A stretch of 35,594 bases of DNA. Origin: Candidatus Zixiibacteriota bacterium (GTDB lineage: Bacteria > Zixibacteria > MSB-5A5 > GN15 > FEB-12). Shown here piece after piece: positions 8,306 to 17,254 of the stretch; the first letter of the stretch is position 1, and each line of letters opens with the position of its first letter. The stretch covers positions 1-35,594 of the forward strand of contig JBHHVC010000002.1 in the NCBI GenBank assembly GCA_046754125.1. The letters are read 5' to 3'. Made by a program: the position numbers and the translations under genes. The notes under the pieces are model-generated. The model was not told the origin of the DNA. It was given only the letters and a program-made list of their open reading frames with translations, and made no database searches.

Positions 8306-9412
8306 GTGAGACGCAGAGCAGCTATCCTTCTCTCGCGCCAGCCGCTCCGCCCGTGTAATAAGGACGAATGGGTTCAACAGTCGCTGGCGGCCATTCAATA
8401 CCTGGCAGACAGAGATCATGAACTTGTGTCGTCGGTCGGGATGTCTACGTGGGAACTACTCACAGCCTTTGGTTCGATCAACCAGCTTCCGATCACAGTC
8501 GTACTTCCAGCAGCAGATCGATCAGACTTCGACCTGCTTCAGCACAGTACACGTGACCAATTTAACCTGCGCTCTGATTTGACCTCGTTCGTTCCGGTTG
8601 ATCCGGATGTTCTGGGCCAGTGTGAAGGCGATCTGCGAGCAGCTCGCGATGCCTCAGTAGTACGAACAGCCGATCTACTACTACCGGTATCCGTCCGCGA
8701 TTCAGGCAACATGAACGAGTTGCTAACGATGGCTGGTGATTCTGGCAAGGAGGTTGTTACATCATTTCGCGCCGAGCATTGTGCACGTTCCCGCCCGCTC
8801 GGGTACCACCTCACACCAGACATTTTCGGTGAGCAGTTGCGTACATTGGGCGGCCGTTACCTGATTCATTGGACCCGCACGACCAACCGGCCCTGGCCGA
8901 CTGAGAAAAAGGTAGATTTTTACCGCGACATTGCCTCATCCAACACCTATCCTCGGCACGCGCTGCATACACTCGGAAATATCGTTATGCACGGTCGTAT
9001 AGTGGCATCATCTCGACACATGCCGGATCGGGTCGCCACTGTGTCATTTTCGGCCCTGGCTCCAGTCGAGGCTGCCTCTTTGATGCGCTGGCGCGCACGA
9101 TACAGCCAGATGTCATTCGAGCCGTACGGCATCGGCATTGAGCGTAATGCCGCCATCAGCGCAGGCATTTCACCAGTGCAATACTTGTCGCGCGACGATT
9201 GCAATTCCGTTCCCAAAGAACAACGCTGGCAGACTCAATCATTCGGAATTTCCGGCGACTGGGTCGCAGAAAAAGAGTATCGATTCAAAGGCGACTTCGA
9301 CCTCTCTGCAATCGACAAGAAGCACGTCTTGTTGTTTTGTCATTTCTCAGAAGAAGCTACCCGTCTGAGCAGCACAACAGGCTATAGAGCCATACCGTTT
9401 GTGCAGACTTGA
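8306..9412 (+). CDS. Hypothetical two-domain protein: DprA/SLOG-like N-terminus plus AbiGi/DUF2971-like (ADP-ribosyltransferase-like) C-terminus, ~368 aa
   Basis: The ORF-track start at 7961 overlaps troD; GTG 8306 lies 5 nt after the troD stop. Motifs AILLSR / LVSSVG / RD..VV..AD.L..V.V...SG / GKEV, then YLIHWTR / L.NI...G.I.AS / VSFS / FEPYGIGI / W..EKEYR. Confidence 0.75.
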   Translation: MRRRAAILLSRQPLRPCNKDEWVQQSLAAIQYLADRDHELVSSVGMSTWELLTAFGSINQLPITVVLPAADRSDFDLLQHSTRDQFNLRSDLTSFVPVDPDVLGQCEGDLRAARDASVVRTADLLLPVSVRDSGNMNELLTMAGDSGKEVVTSFRAEHCARSRPLGYHLTPDIFGEQLRTLGGRYLIHWTRTTNRPWPTEKKVDFYRDIASSNTYPRHALHTLGNIVMHGRIVASSRHMPDRVATVSFSALAPVEAASLMRWRARYSQMSFEPYGIGIERNAAISAGISPVQYLSRDDCNSVPKEQRWQTQSFGISGDWVAEKEYRFKGDFDLSAIDKKHVLLFCHFSEEATRLSSTTGYRAIPFVQT

Positions 9413-9432
9413 TCGCCCACGGGAGAGTTTTC

Positions 9433-12372
9433 CTACGGGCAGGAAACCAGTGGTGGCGGAAGGCCGAATAGGTAGTCGACAATAAACGTCAGATCGACAA
9501 TGTCAGGCAAGCCGCCCGAAGCGCTATCGCCGTTGATATCCGCTTCTTCGGGACAGATGATATCCGGAGGGATACCAAAAAGATAATCAACAATGGCAGT
9601 CAGATCGACAATGTCCGGTACTGACAAACCGTCAAAGTCGACATCACCGCGCGTGCCGACGCAGCAAGCCAATATGCTGTTTTCATACTGCTGCAATGCG
9701 TTGAGTTTTGCGGTCATCAAGTTTGTCAATGTACTCCCGGCCACTAGCGCGACGGTTACCGTGTCGACAGCATTCGGGGCCAGCGACAAGGGACCAACTG
9801 CCACAATCTGAATCAGGTCAGTACGGGATGTCTTGTAGATATCGGAATTTGCGTTTCCACCAATCATCGATGCATACTTCTCCGCTTCTGTAAGGCCTTC
9901 GGGAAAGTAGGCAATGTTCCCCAAATGCGTGGCTGCCGATGAAAAACTGCCGTCGAGAGCGGTGACTCCGCGATATGACCGTGTTTGGAGACCGTCGTTG
10001 TACGCTGTCCATGCAATCTCGGTCGCCGACTCGTAGCCGCCGGCATTGCTGTTAAACACCTGAATATCCCAGTCCAGGTACATCCCGAAAAAGAGTGAAC
10101 TCAGACTGCCGCCGGTGTTGTTTTCAATAATGAACTGCATAATGATATAGTCGTCATCGGGGGCGCTGGCAAAAGCAAATGTTCGCTGGGTTATGTCAAC
10201 ACCTATCGGGTTTTCTGACCGAGCGTCTGTGAAGCGTGAGTCAGTTTCCTCGGTCGCTTTGGCACCGGGTGTGACCAAAACTATGTTACCGCCGGGTGCC
10301 ACCGCAAAATCACCGTCCGGTTCTCCTATCGAGTTGCGGATACCGTCAGAAACGTGCGTCTGATCGGTTGCCACCAGCAATCAACACTCATACAGATCGT
10401 TTGCGCCGCCGTCAAACTGAAAACCGAGCCCTCCAGCAGGAAAGAAAGAGTTGGTACCAAGGCCGTAGGTACCGAAACTGGAAACTGTCGTACTGATACG
10501 GTTGGCCTGATGCGATACAAAAGAACGTACCGATCGCGGCTCCACCAGAAAGAGTAGTTTGGCCGTTGCTGAATAGGCAGGCGATCCGGTTATGGCAAAA
10601 TCGAGTGATAGAATCGAACCATCGGTAACAGTGTCAGAGACAATAACACTGACAATATCGTTCGAGCGCAGCGTGTCCCCCTCGGCCATATTGCCAAAAA
10701 AGGCCGAGCCATTCAGCACCGTCAACGACGGATCAGATGAGCTGATCGTCCCAGACACCGACGATACTGCGGCTCCACGATTTTGCAAAACAACCGTTCC
10801 TTGCACCGTGTCACCGGCAGCGATGACGGCATGATCAAAACCGTACACTCGTACATTAGGTTGGGCATTGACGGCGGAAAGGGCATTGAGCGCAGCCATA
10901 CAGTCGATGACTCCGTAGCCGTAATTGTTGTCCGGCAATGTCAGGCCATATGTCTGGGTCGAGTTAAGAATAGCCGTTTTGACTTCATCAACCGTTGCGT
11001 TCGGGTTCTTCTGCCGAAGCAGGGCCACCAATCCCGAAACGTGGGGGGACGACATCGATGTACCGCTCATAAACCCGTAACCGTTTCCCGGGATGCTCGA
11101 ACGAATCGATGTCCCGGGCGCGGTCACGTTTGGCTTTATCGCACCGTTGCAATCAGAGGGGCCACGAGAGGAATTCGAACTAAGCGGAGGAGGAGTCGAG
11201 GAGGAGTTGACATTTCCGACGGCAAAACAGTCGATGTTCGTATTGGCCCGATTGGAGGGGTTACGAATCGTCGATGCTGCCGGTCCCTCATTGCCCGATG
11301 CAAACACGTTGACAATTCCCAGCGCCTCGATGTTGTCTATCAGATCGTAGAAAGCGTTGGAACATCCGATATCGCGAACACCCCAGCTATGGTTGATTAC
11401 ATCGGGCAAATCGTCAACACTGTTGGGGTCTCCGTCCGGGTCGGCGACCCACTCGAAGGCGTCAATGATCGATGATCCCTGAATATCAATAACTGCCGCC
11501 GATATCCACATGGCCCCGGGCGCTATTCCAACCGTGTCCCCGGTTGCAGTGTCGCGGCCTACCATCGTACCCATCACGTGCGTACCATGGTTGACTGACG
11601 GTCCGGACAACGTATGTGGAAATGTTTGCATCCCGACGGGATCGAACCAGGCTGCCGATGAATCACCGTCATTTCCCTTCCAACTGCCTGCCAGAGCCGG
11701 GTGTACACCATCGATACCGGTATCGAACGAACAAACCAAACGTCCTGCGCCTGTAAAACCGGCAGCCCATGCCTGATCGGCGTTGACAAATTGGAGATTG
11801 GCGCCAACCGATGTCGACAGAGAGGTGGAACCACGCTGGGCATCTGGAACGATAGTGGTAAGGACAGGCTGCTGGTATATGATATCAATATCACTTCGTG
11901 CCGCCAGAGTTGCCAACTCGCCGGCAAAAACACGCGCCTCGACGATATTAGCAATCCAGTGCTGCTTGATACCAAAGGCCCACCCGCGCTGTTGCAAATT
12001 ATTCAGTTCTTGCACAACAGCCCGTTGCGCCTGACTGTGCTGCGACTGCAATCGAGCAAGCGCCACACGATGTCTCTCGGAAGGAGACACCGAAGCTGCT
12101 GCAATTGACTGTTTCAACTTAAGGAGAGGTTCCGGTCTTGGCAGATGGATCCAAACAGCGATAGGCTCATTGGCCTGCTTTCCTGAAATCGTCCGAGTAA
12201 GTCCATTTGATAGATTACCTGACACAGCGCTGGATGCCACGAGCATTAGTATCAAAAGGGATACAACGCTCGCTCGTCCGACCACTGTCCTCAGATGAGC
12301 ATTCGTGCCAGTAAGACAAGCGTGGCGGATCGATGGTCCGTATTCTCTATGTCGAGCAACAGCTTTGTTCAC
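9433..12372 (-). CDS. Secreted S8 subtilase (bacillopeptidase F-like) with C-terminal dockerin-like domain, interrupted by one in-frame TGA at 10383-10381 (979 codons if read through)
   Basis: Triad FDTG, HGTHV, GTSMSSPHVSG and oxyanion GNEG; ORFs 10381..12372 and 9433..10380 are contiguous in one frame (NDLYEC*LLVATD); C-terminal CCVGTRGDVD..DIVDL..IVDYLFG x2. Confidence 0.85.
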
Positions 12373-12490
12373 GTAATCATCACCTGCCTAAAAGGCTTTC
12401 CCTTGTACTCATTCTCAGCGAGATCAGTCCGGCGCCCGATGCCGTCCATCTTACATCTGTCGACACAGGTCGCTCAATACTGAAACCTAT

Positions 12491-12520
12491 CGGCTATTCT
12501 GGTGAAGTACGGAATAGCCG
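12491..12520. terminator. Hairpin between ferritin and the subtilase (possible terminator)
   Basis: Perfect 9-bp inverted repeat CGGCTATTC-N12-GAATAGCCG, 75 nt past the ferritin stop; no clean U-tract. Confidence 0.4.
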
Positions 12521-12595
12521 GAAATCAAGCTATACGACCCAACCCCTCAAGAATAACACATTCTCCTCGGTTTGTAAACCGACAGACCGGTGGGG

Positions 12596-13117
12596 TCAGG
12601 CTGGCTGTGATGCTGTCTGTCGCTCAGAAACGATTCTGGACACGCGAGAATCTTCCAGCAAAAGTAGCTGGGCAGGGTTCTCCGCCATTTGCACAACGCC
12701 AAGCAGCTCATTCACCGAGTCAACCTCCTCGACCTGTTCAGTGACAAACCACTGAATGAACGATTCGGTGGCCGGATCGTTTCCTTCGCGCGCCTGCTTA
12801 CTGATTTCGTGGATACGGCGCGTGATCAGCTTCTCATGGTCAAGGGCAGCCTGAACGATTTCGAGCACTGAACCAAACTTGGCCGGCGGCTGATCGATCG
12901 CCTCAAGCCTGACTGGCGCCCCCTGCTCGATCAGGTAGCGGGCCATTTTCAGCGCGTGGGCGTTTTCTTCCTCAGCTTGAAGAGTAAACCATTGAGCAAA
13001 GACACGATAGTTCATTTGCTCGAGGGCATAAGACATAGAAAGGTACAGATAGGACGAGTAGTGCTCATGTTTGATCTGTTCGTTGAGGCTGGCAGCCATT
13101 GCGTCGGATATCATCAT
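12596..13117 (-). CDS. ftnA: Non-heme ferritin
   Basis: LNEQI..E.YS...YLSM, EE..HA, HE..IT..I, FIQWFV.EQVEE ferroxidase residues; GAGGAG RBS. Confidence 0.93.
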   Translation of the reverse strand: MMISDAMAASLNEQIKHEHYSSYLYLSMSYALEQMNYRVFAQWFTLQAEEENAHALKMARYLIEQGAPVRLEAIDQPPAKFGSVLEIVQAALDHEKLITRRIHEISKQAREGNDPATESFIQWFVTEQVEEVDSVNELLGVVQMAENPAQLLLLEDSRVSRIVSERQTASQPA

Positions 13118-13512
13118 TTTGTCTTCTCCTCACAAATTAATTCAATGTTCTTCATGCCCGCTCATGGAATAATTGTAAACCACGACAGCACTGAAAGTTC
13201 GTCAATAGCCGAAATAAAACAAGCAAATAGTCGCTAAATCTGGTGCAACTGAAATCGTCTTTCAATTCCATCTGGTTGAGCGGATGTAGCATATCTGATC
13301 CATGTCTCACTGCTCATGTGGATCGATGTGGATAAAGATGTTGCAATTAGCGCTGGTTGATCCTCAATTGGGTTTCGGCGGAAAAGCCCTCGGTTTTGTG
13401 ATTGAGGATTGCTTTTGCCTGTTCGATGAAATCGAATACTAGGGCCGATGAACAAGTATATCTGGCAGTGGCTTTTGTTGTCGTGTGTCACGACCTGATG
13501 GGAGAAGAAATA

Positions 13513-13928
13513 ATGGAGAAACATCTGACAATTCTCGGAATTCTCAACATCGTCATGGGCGCATTGGGGCTATTTGCGGCCTGTTTCGTCTTGATTCTTG
13601 TGGGTGGCGGGAGTCAGGTGGCCAGCGAAGCCTCAGGGGAGTCGGGATTGCTCGCACTTGGGGATTGGGGATTGCTGTTTTGATCGGTATATTAATCGCG
13701 GCTGTGTCGCTTCCGGCGCTAATCGCAGGCATTGGCTTGATGAGGTTGAGCTCGTGGGGACATACTATGGGGTTGGTGGCCAGCTTTCTAAACCTGCTTA
13801 ATGTTCCCTTTGGCACCGCTGTAGGGATCTATGGCATCTGGGTACTTTTTCAGGATGAGTCAAAACCACTATTCATCAGGCGGCAGGCGATTGCCCCATC
13901 GCCACCCGGGGCACCCCCAGGCCCGTAG
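13513..13928 (+). pseudogene. Small multi-TM membrane protein with a 1-nt frameshift (pseudogene or sequencing error), ~138 aa if repaired
   Basis: GGAG RBS, MEKHLTILGILNIV...LAL then stop at 13683; adding one G to the G4 run 13660-13663 joins it to ..GLGIAVLIGIL..LPALIAGIGL..W..LNLLNVPFGTAVGIYGIWVL. Confidence 0.8.
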
Positions 13929-15131
13929 CTACTGCTCGACAACCGGCAGGTCATGTTCGATCGGCTTATCCTTGCGAAAGCCAAGTGAATAGTCGGCCTG
14001 CATCAAAGTGTGGATTTCGCGAGTGCCTTCGTAAATAGACGCGCCCTTGCTGTTGCGATAAAACCGTTCCACCGGGTACTCATCGGAAAACCCGTAGGCA
14101 CCAAACACCTGCACAGCATCGGCCGCTGACGCTTCGGCTTCCTTGCACGCGATCCACTTGGCCAGCGATGTTTCCCGTGTTGAGCGCTTTCCTTGGTTCT
14201 TCAGCCATCCAGCCCGCTGCCAGAGCATAGTGGAATACTGATAGCCAGCCTCCATCTTTGCGATCATCTGCTTGACCAGTTGATGTTCGGCTATCGGATG
14301 CGTGAACGTTCTACGCTCTTGCGAGTACTTGATGCTGGCGTCGCGGCAGGCTCGAATCAGACCGCATGAACCCGCCGCAACGGTGTAGCGTCCCTGATCG
14401 AGGCAGAACATGGCAATCTTGAATCCCTGTCCTTCCTTGTATACGAGGTTCTCCGCCGGTACTTTCACATCTTGAAAGGAGATGAAGCCTGTGTTTCCAG
14501 CGCGAACGCCCAGTTTCCCGTGCAGCGATCCTGTGCTAAGACCTTCCATGTCACGCTCGACGATAAATGCGGAAATACCGCTGTGATCCCGAGCCTTTTT
14601 CTTTTCCAGATCTGTCCAGGCAAATACCAGAAAATAGTCGGCAACATCGGCAAGTGATATCCACATCTTCTCGCCGTTCATCAGATAATGATCGCCGTCC
14701 CTGACCGCCGTAGTCTGAATGCCGACAACATCTGAACCGGCTGCCGGTTCGGTAAGTCCGAATGTCCCGATCTTGTCTCCCTTGGCGGCGGGGGTCAGGT
14801 ACTTCTGCTTTTGAGCCTCACTTGCCCAAGTCAGTATGGGCAACGAGAACAGGCCGACATGGACCGACAGAATCACTCGCGCCGATGTGTCAGCATACTC
14901 CATCTCTTCGGAAGCCAGTCCAAGCGATATATAGTCCATCCCGAGACCACCATATTTTTCAGGAATACAGAACCCGAGCAGATTCGCACGGGCCATTGCC
15001 GGCAGCAGGTCCGGGTTGAGCTTTTGCTGGCGATCATAATCCTGAATAGTTGGCATGACGACTTTTTCGGCCACCTCACGAGCCATATCACGAACGGCGA
15101 GTTGATTCTCGGTATAGCTGAAATCTATCAT
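13929..15131 (-). CDS. Acyl-CoA dehydrogenase (short-chain / glutaryl-CoA non-decarboxylating-like)
   Basis: FGLTEP.AGSD, NGEKMWIS, GAYGFSDEYPVERFYR, IYEGT; GGAGGT RBS. Confidence 0.93.
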   Translation of the reverse strand: MIDFSYTENQLAVRDMAREVAEKVVMPTIQDYDRQQKLNPDLLPAMARANLLGFCIPEKYGGLGMDYISLGLASEEMEYADTSARVILSVHVGLFSLPILTWASEAQKQKYLTPAAKGDKIGTFGLTEPAAGSDVVGIQTTAVRDGDHYLMNGEKMWISLADVADYFLVFAWTDLEKKKARDHSGISAFIVERDMEGLSTGSLHGKLGVRAGNTGFISFQDVKVPAENLVYKEGQGFKIAMFCLDQGRYTVAAGSCGLIRACRDASIKYSQERRTFTHPIAEHQLVKQMIAKMEAGYQYSTMLWQRAGWLKNQGKRSTRETSLAKWIACKEAEASAADAVQVFGAYGFSDEYPVERFYRNSKGASIYEGTREIHTLMQADYSLGFRKDKPIEHDLPVVEQ

Positions 15132-15181
15132 TTATGCGACCTCCAAAAGGTATCTCAGTATCTTCGTTACAATCTGCTCGC

Positions 15182-15210
15182 TATATACAGGATGAGTCAA
15201 GCAATGTCAA
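15182..15210 (-). promoter_or_regulatory. Sigma70-type promoter of the acyl-CoA dehydrogenase
   Basis: TTGACA-N17-TATATA. Confidence 0.6.
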
Positions 15211-15357
15211 TTCGGATGCGGAGAGTGTTCCACGAGAGTTGCTGTGTCGGCAAGGATGATGTATTATTGGACCGACCGAAATGAAGATATTAATTGCATG
15301 CATCTTTCAGTCGCGACCAATTGTGCCGACTATCTCATGTGACTGGCGGGAGCCGAT

Positions 15358-15834
15358 ATGAGCGCCCAGATTTGGCCAAACGCAGACATTATCCCATACA
15401 ACGCCGACTACGCGCAAGCCGTTCGTTCATGGATCGACTCGAAGATGACACTCTACAATGTCAGCCGTGGAACTGATTTTCCTCCGGCTCAGGATGTGGT
15501 CGAATCCTGGCAGCGAACGGACGTGTCATCTTTTCTCCTGATATCCGCGGGGCTGCCTGTTGCCTATGCCGAATTGTGGCGCCGGCCGTTGGAGGTTGCA
15601 CTCGAAATTGCCCACTTGCTGGTCAGCCCCGAGCACCGCTTGTCCGGCTTTGGAACAACGATGCTAAAGTTGTTATGTGATAGAGCGTCCGGCAAGAGCC
15701 GCGTTGAGCGTGTCTTGGTAAACCTATATAACGAAAACGAAGCAGCTCTGGCCTGCTTCCTGAAGGCAGGGTTCGAGTTGACGGGCACATCGGCTCATGT
15801 TAAAGGTCTAAGAATGATGCGCGTACTCGGCTGA
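15358..15834 (+). CDS. GNAT-family N-acetyltransferase
   Basis: LLVSPEHRLSGFGT motif A, N.AA..CF.K.GF motif B. Confidence 0.85.
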   Translation: MSAQIWPNADIIPYNADYAQAVRSWIDSKMTLYNVSRGTDFPPAQDVVESWQRTDVSSFLLISAGLPVAYAELWRRPLEVALEIAHLLVSPEHRLSGFGTTMLKLLCDRASGKSRVERVLVNLYNENEAALACFLKAGFELTGTSAHVKGLRMMRVLG

Positions 15835-15924
15835 ATATCGGTCTCTGTCGCATCACAGTGGGAATACATGATACTTATTAGCTAAGATCAAGGAAGTAGC
15901 AATAGCTTGAGAAGGGATTGACCA

Positions 15925-16719
15925 ATGACTGAATACAAGAACGTACTGGTCGGCAAGGCGGGAGACAATGACAGTATTCTGGTTATCACCATCAACCGCG
16001 AACGATTCCTCAACGCCCTCAACTGCGAAACTGTTGCTGAACTTCAGCAAATCTTCAGTTTCTACTGGACCGACGATTCGCTGCGGTGCGTGATCCTGAC
16101 AGGTGCCGGGCAAAAAGCCTTTGCAGCCGGGGCCGATATTAATGAACTGGCCGACCTCGATGTCCGCTCTGGCAACGACCTGTCGGCTCGGGGACTTTAT
16201 CTTACAAAGACTATCCAGAACTTCCCTCGGCCGGTCCTGGCCGCAATTAACGGTTTTGCGCTCGGAGGAGGGTGCGAACTGGCTATGGCCTGTGATATTC
16301 GGGTAGCATCGGACACAGCTAAGCTGGGTCAGCCGGAAGTCAATCTTGGAATTATTCCCGGCTATGGTGGAACTCAGCGGCTGGCCCGACTGGTCGGCCG
16401 CGGCAAGGCGATGCAACTTATATTCACTGGTGAGATGGTCTCAGCTCAGGAGGCGCTTCGAATTGGTCTTGTGGAAGAAGTAGTGCCCGGCAACGACCTT
16501 ATGAAAAAGGTCATGGAACTAGGGGCAGTCATTTGCCGGAAGGCCCCGTTGGCTATCACTGCCGCCAAGGAATGTGTGAACCGCGGTTTGGATATCTCCC
16601 TGCCGCACGGGTGCGACTTGGAAAAAGCCAACTTTGGTCAAATGTGCGGCACTGGCGATAAGAACGAAGGGATGGAAGCATTTCTGGAGAAGCGACCGGC
16701 CTTGTTTTCCGGGCACTAG
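15925..16719 (+). CDS. crt: Enoyl-CoA hydratase (crotonase family)
   Basis: LNALN, AFAAGADI, GFALGGGCELAMACD, GQPEVNLGIIPGYGGTQRL with both catalytic Glu. Confidence 0.9.
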   Translation: MTEYKNVLVGKAGDNDSILVITINRERFLNALNCETVAELQQIFSFYWTDDSLRCVILTGAGQKAFAAGADINELADLDVRSGNDLSARGLYLTKTIQNFPRPVLAAINGFALGGGCELAMACDIRVASDTAKLGQPEVNLGIIPGYGGTQRLARLVGRGKAMQLIFTGEMVSAQEALRIGLVEEVVPGNDLMKKVMELGAVICRKAPLAITAAKECVNRGLDISLPHGCDLEKANFGQMCGTGDKNEGMEAFLEKRPALFSGH

Positions 16720-16932
16720 GTGCAGGGATTCAGGGAAGTCCGATCGACTAAGGGGCGCACCTGATACGGTCAACAACCGGACAATATCCTATTGTCCAGT
16801 CAGGTAAAAGACACAATATATTGCAAAAAACGGCTGACTGTGTAACATCGCTCCCCCTATCTGCCAATGTGGCAAGAGCTTAGCCAACCGTACCACAATC
16901 TCCAAAAAGCACATAAAAACCACAATTTTCCC

Positions 16933-16961
16933 TTGACAAAATCGCGTACCTGAGTTATTAT
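16933..16961 (+). promoter_or_regulatory. Near-consensus sigma70 promoter
   Basis: TTGACA-N17-TATTAT with A-rich upstream sequence. Confidence 0.8.
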
Positions 16962-16967
16962 TGTCAC

Positions 16968-17048
16968 GCAATCGGAAAGTGTTACTCTTTCTGTGGATTA
17001 CCTAATATCGTCCGCCCAGGCAGGCTCCAACCTGTCTGGGTTTTTTTT
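16968..17048 (+). ncRNA. Candidate ~80-nt small RNA or attenuated leader
   Basis: Bounded by a strong promoter and a strong terminator, with no ORF longer than 8 codons; 5' hairpin CGGAAAG/CTTTCTG. Confidence 0.55.
17015..17048 (+). terminator. Rho-independent terminator
   Basis: CCCAGGCAGG-CTCCAA-CCTGTCTGGG followed by T8. Confidence 0.88.
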
Positions 17049-17150
17049 GTGGGTGTTTATACGACTATTCTTCTCCACGATTCCCCATAGAGTCGGCTCG
17101 TTACAATAACAAAAAGAAGCACAAAAGAGACTGAACGGCGCAGAATCCTC

Positions 17151-17179
17151 TTGACAGCGTTTCCTTGGATGGCTACCAT
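17151..17179 (+). promoter_or_regulatory. Sigma70 promoter of 17255..17965
   Basis: TTGACA-N17-TACCAT. Confidence 0.75.
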
Positions 17180-17198
17180 CATCACCAACGATAGGTAA

Positions 17199-17221
17199 AT
17201 GAAAATGATAGTCATTTTCAT
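17199..17221. promoter_or_regulatory. Fur-family operator (Fur box)
   Basis: Perfect palindrome ATGAAAATGA-TAG-TCATTTTCAT; core GAAAATGATAGTCATTTTC matches the classical GATAATGATAATCATTATC at 16/19. Confidence 0.8.
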
Positions 17222-17254
17222 CGCACGAAACCGCTTAGCGAAAGAGGCGCCATT

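Noticed and set aside
9433-10380. Independent 315-aa gene starting at TTG
   Set aside because: No RBS or signal peptide; it is the in-frame continuation of the subtilase
10381-10383. Genome-wide UGA reassignment (code 4 or 25)
   Set aside because: troA, troC, metK and lepB end in TGA at expected positions, and no other conserved gene has an internal TGA
16800-16812. 13-mer TCAGGTAAAAGAC repeated at 35544-35556, both upstream of TTGACA promoters
   Set aside because: Several 13-mer matches are expected by chance in 35 kb, and the distances to the promoters differ greatly
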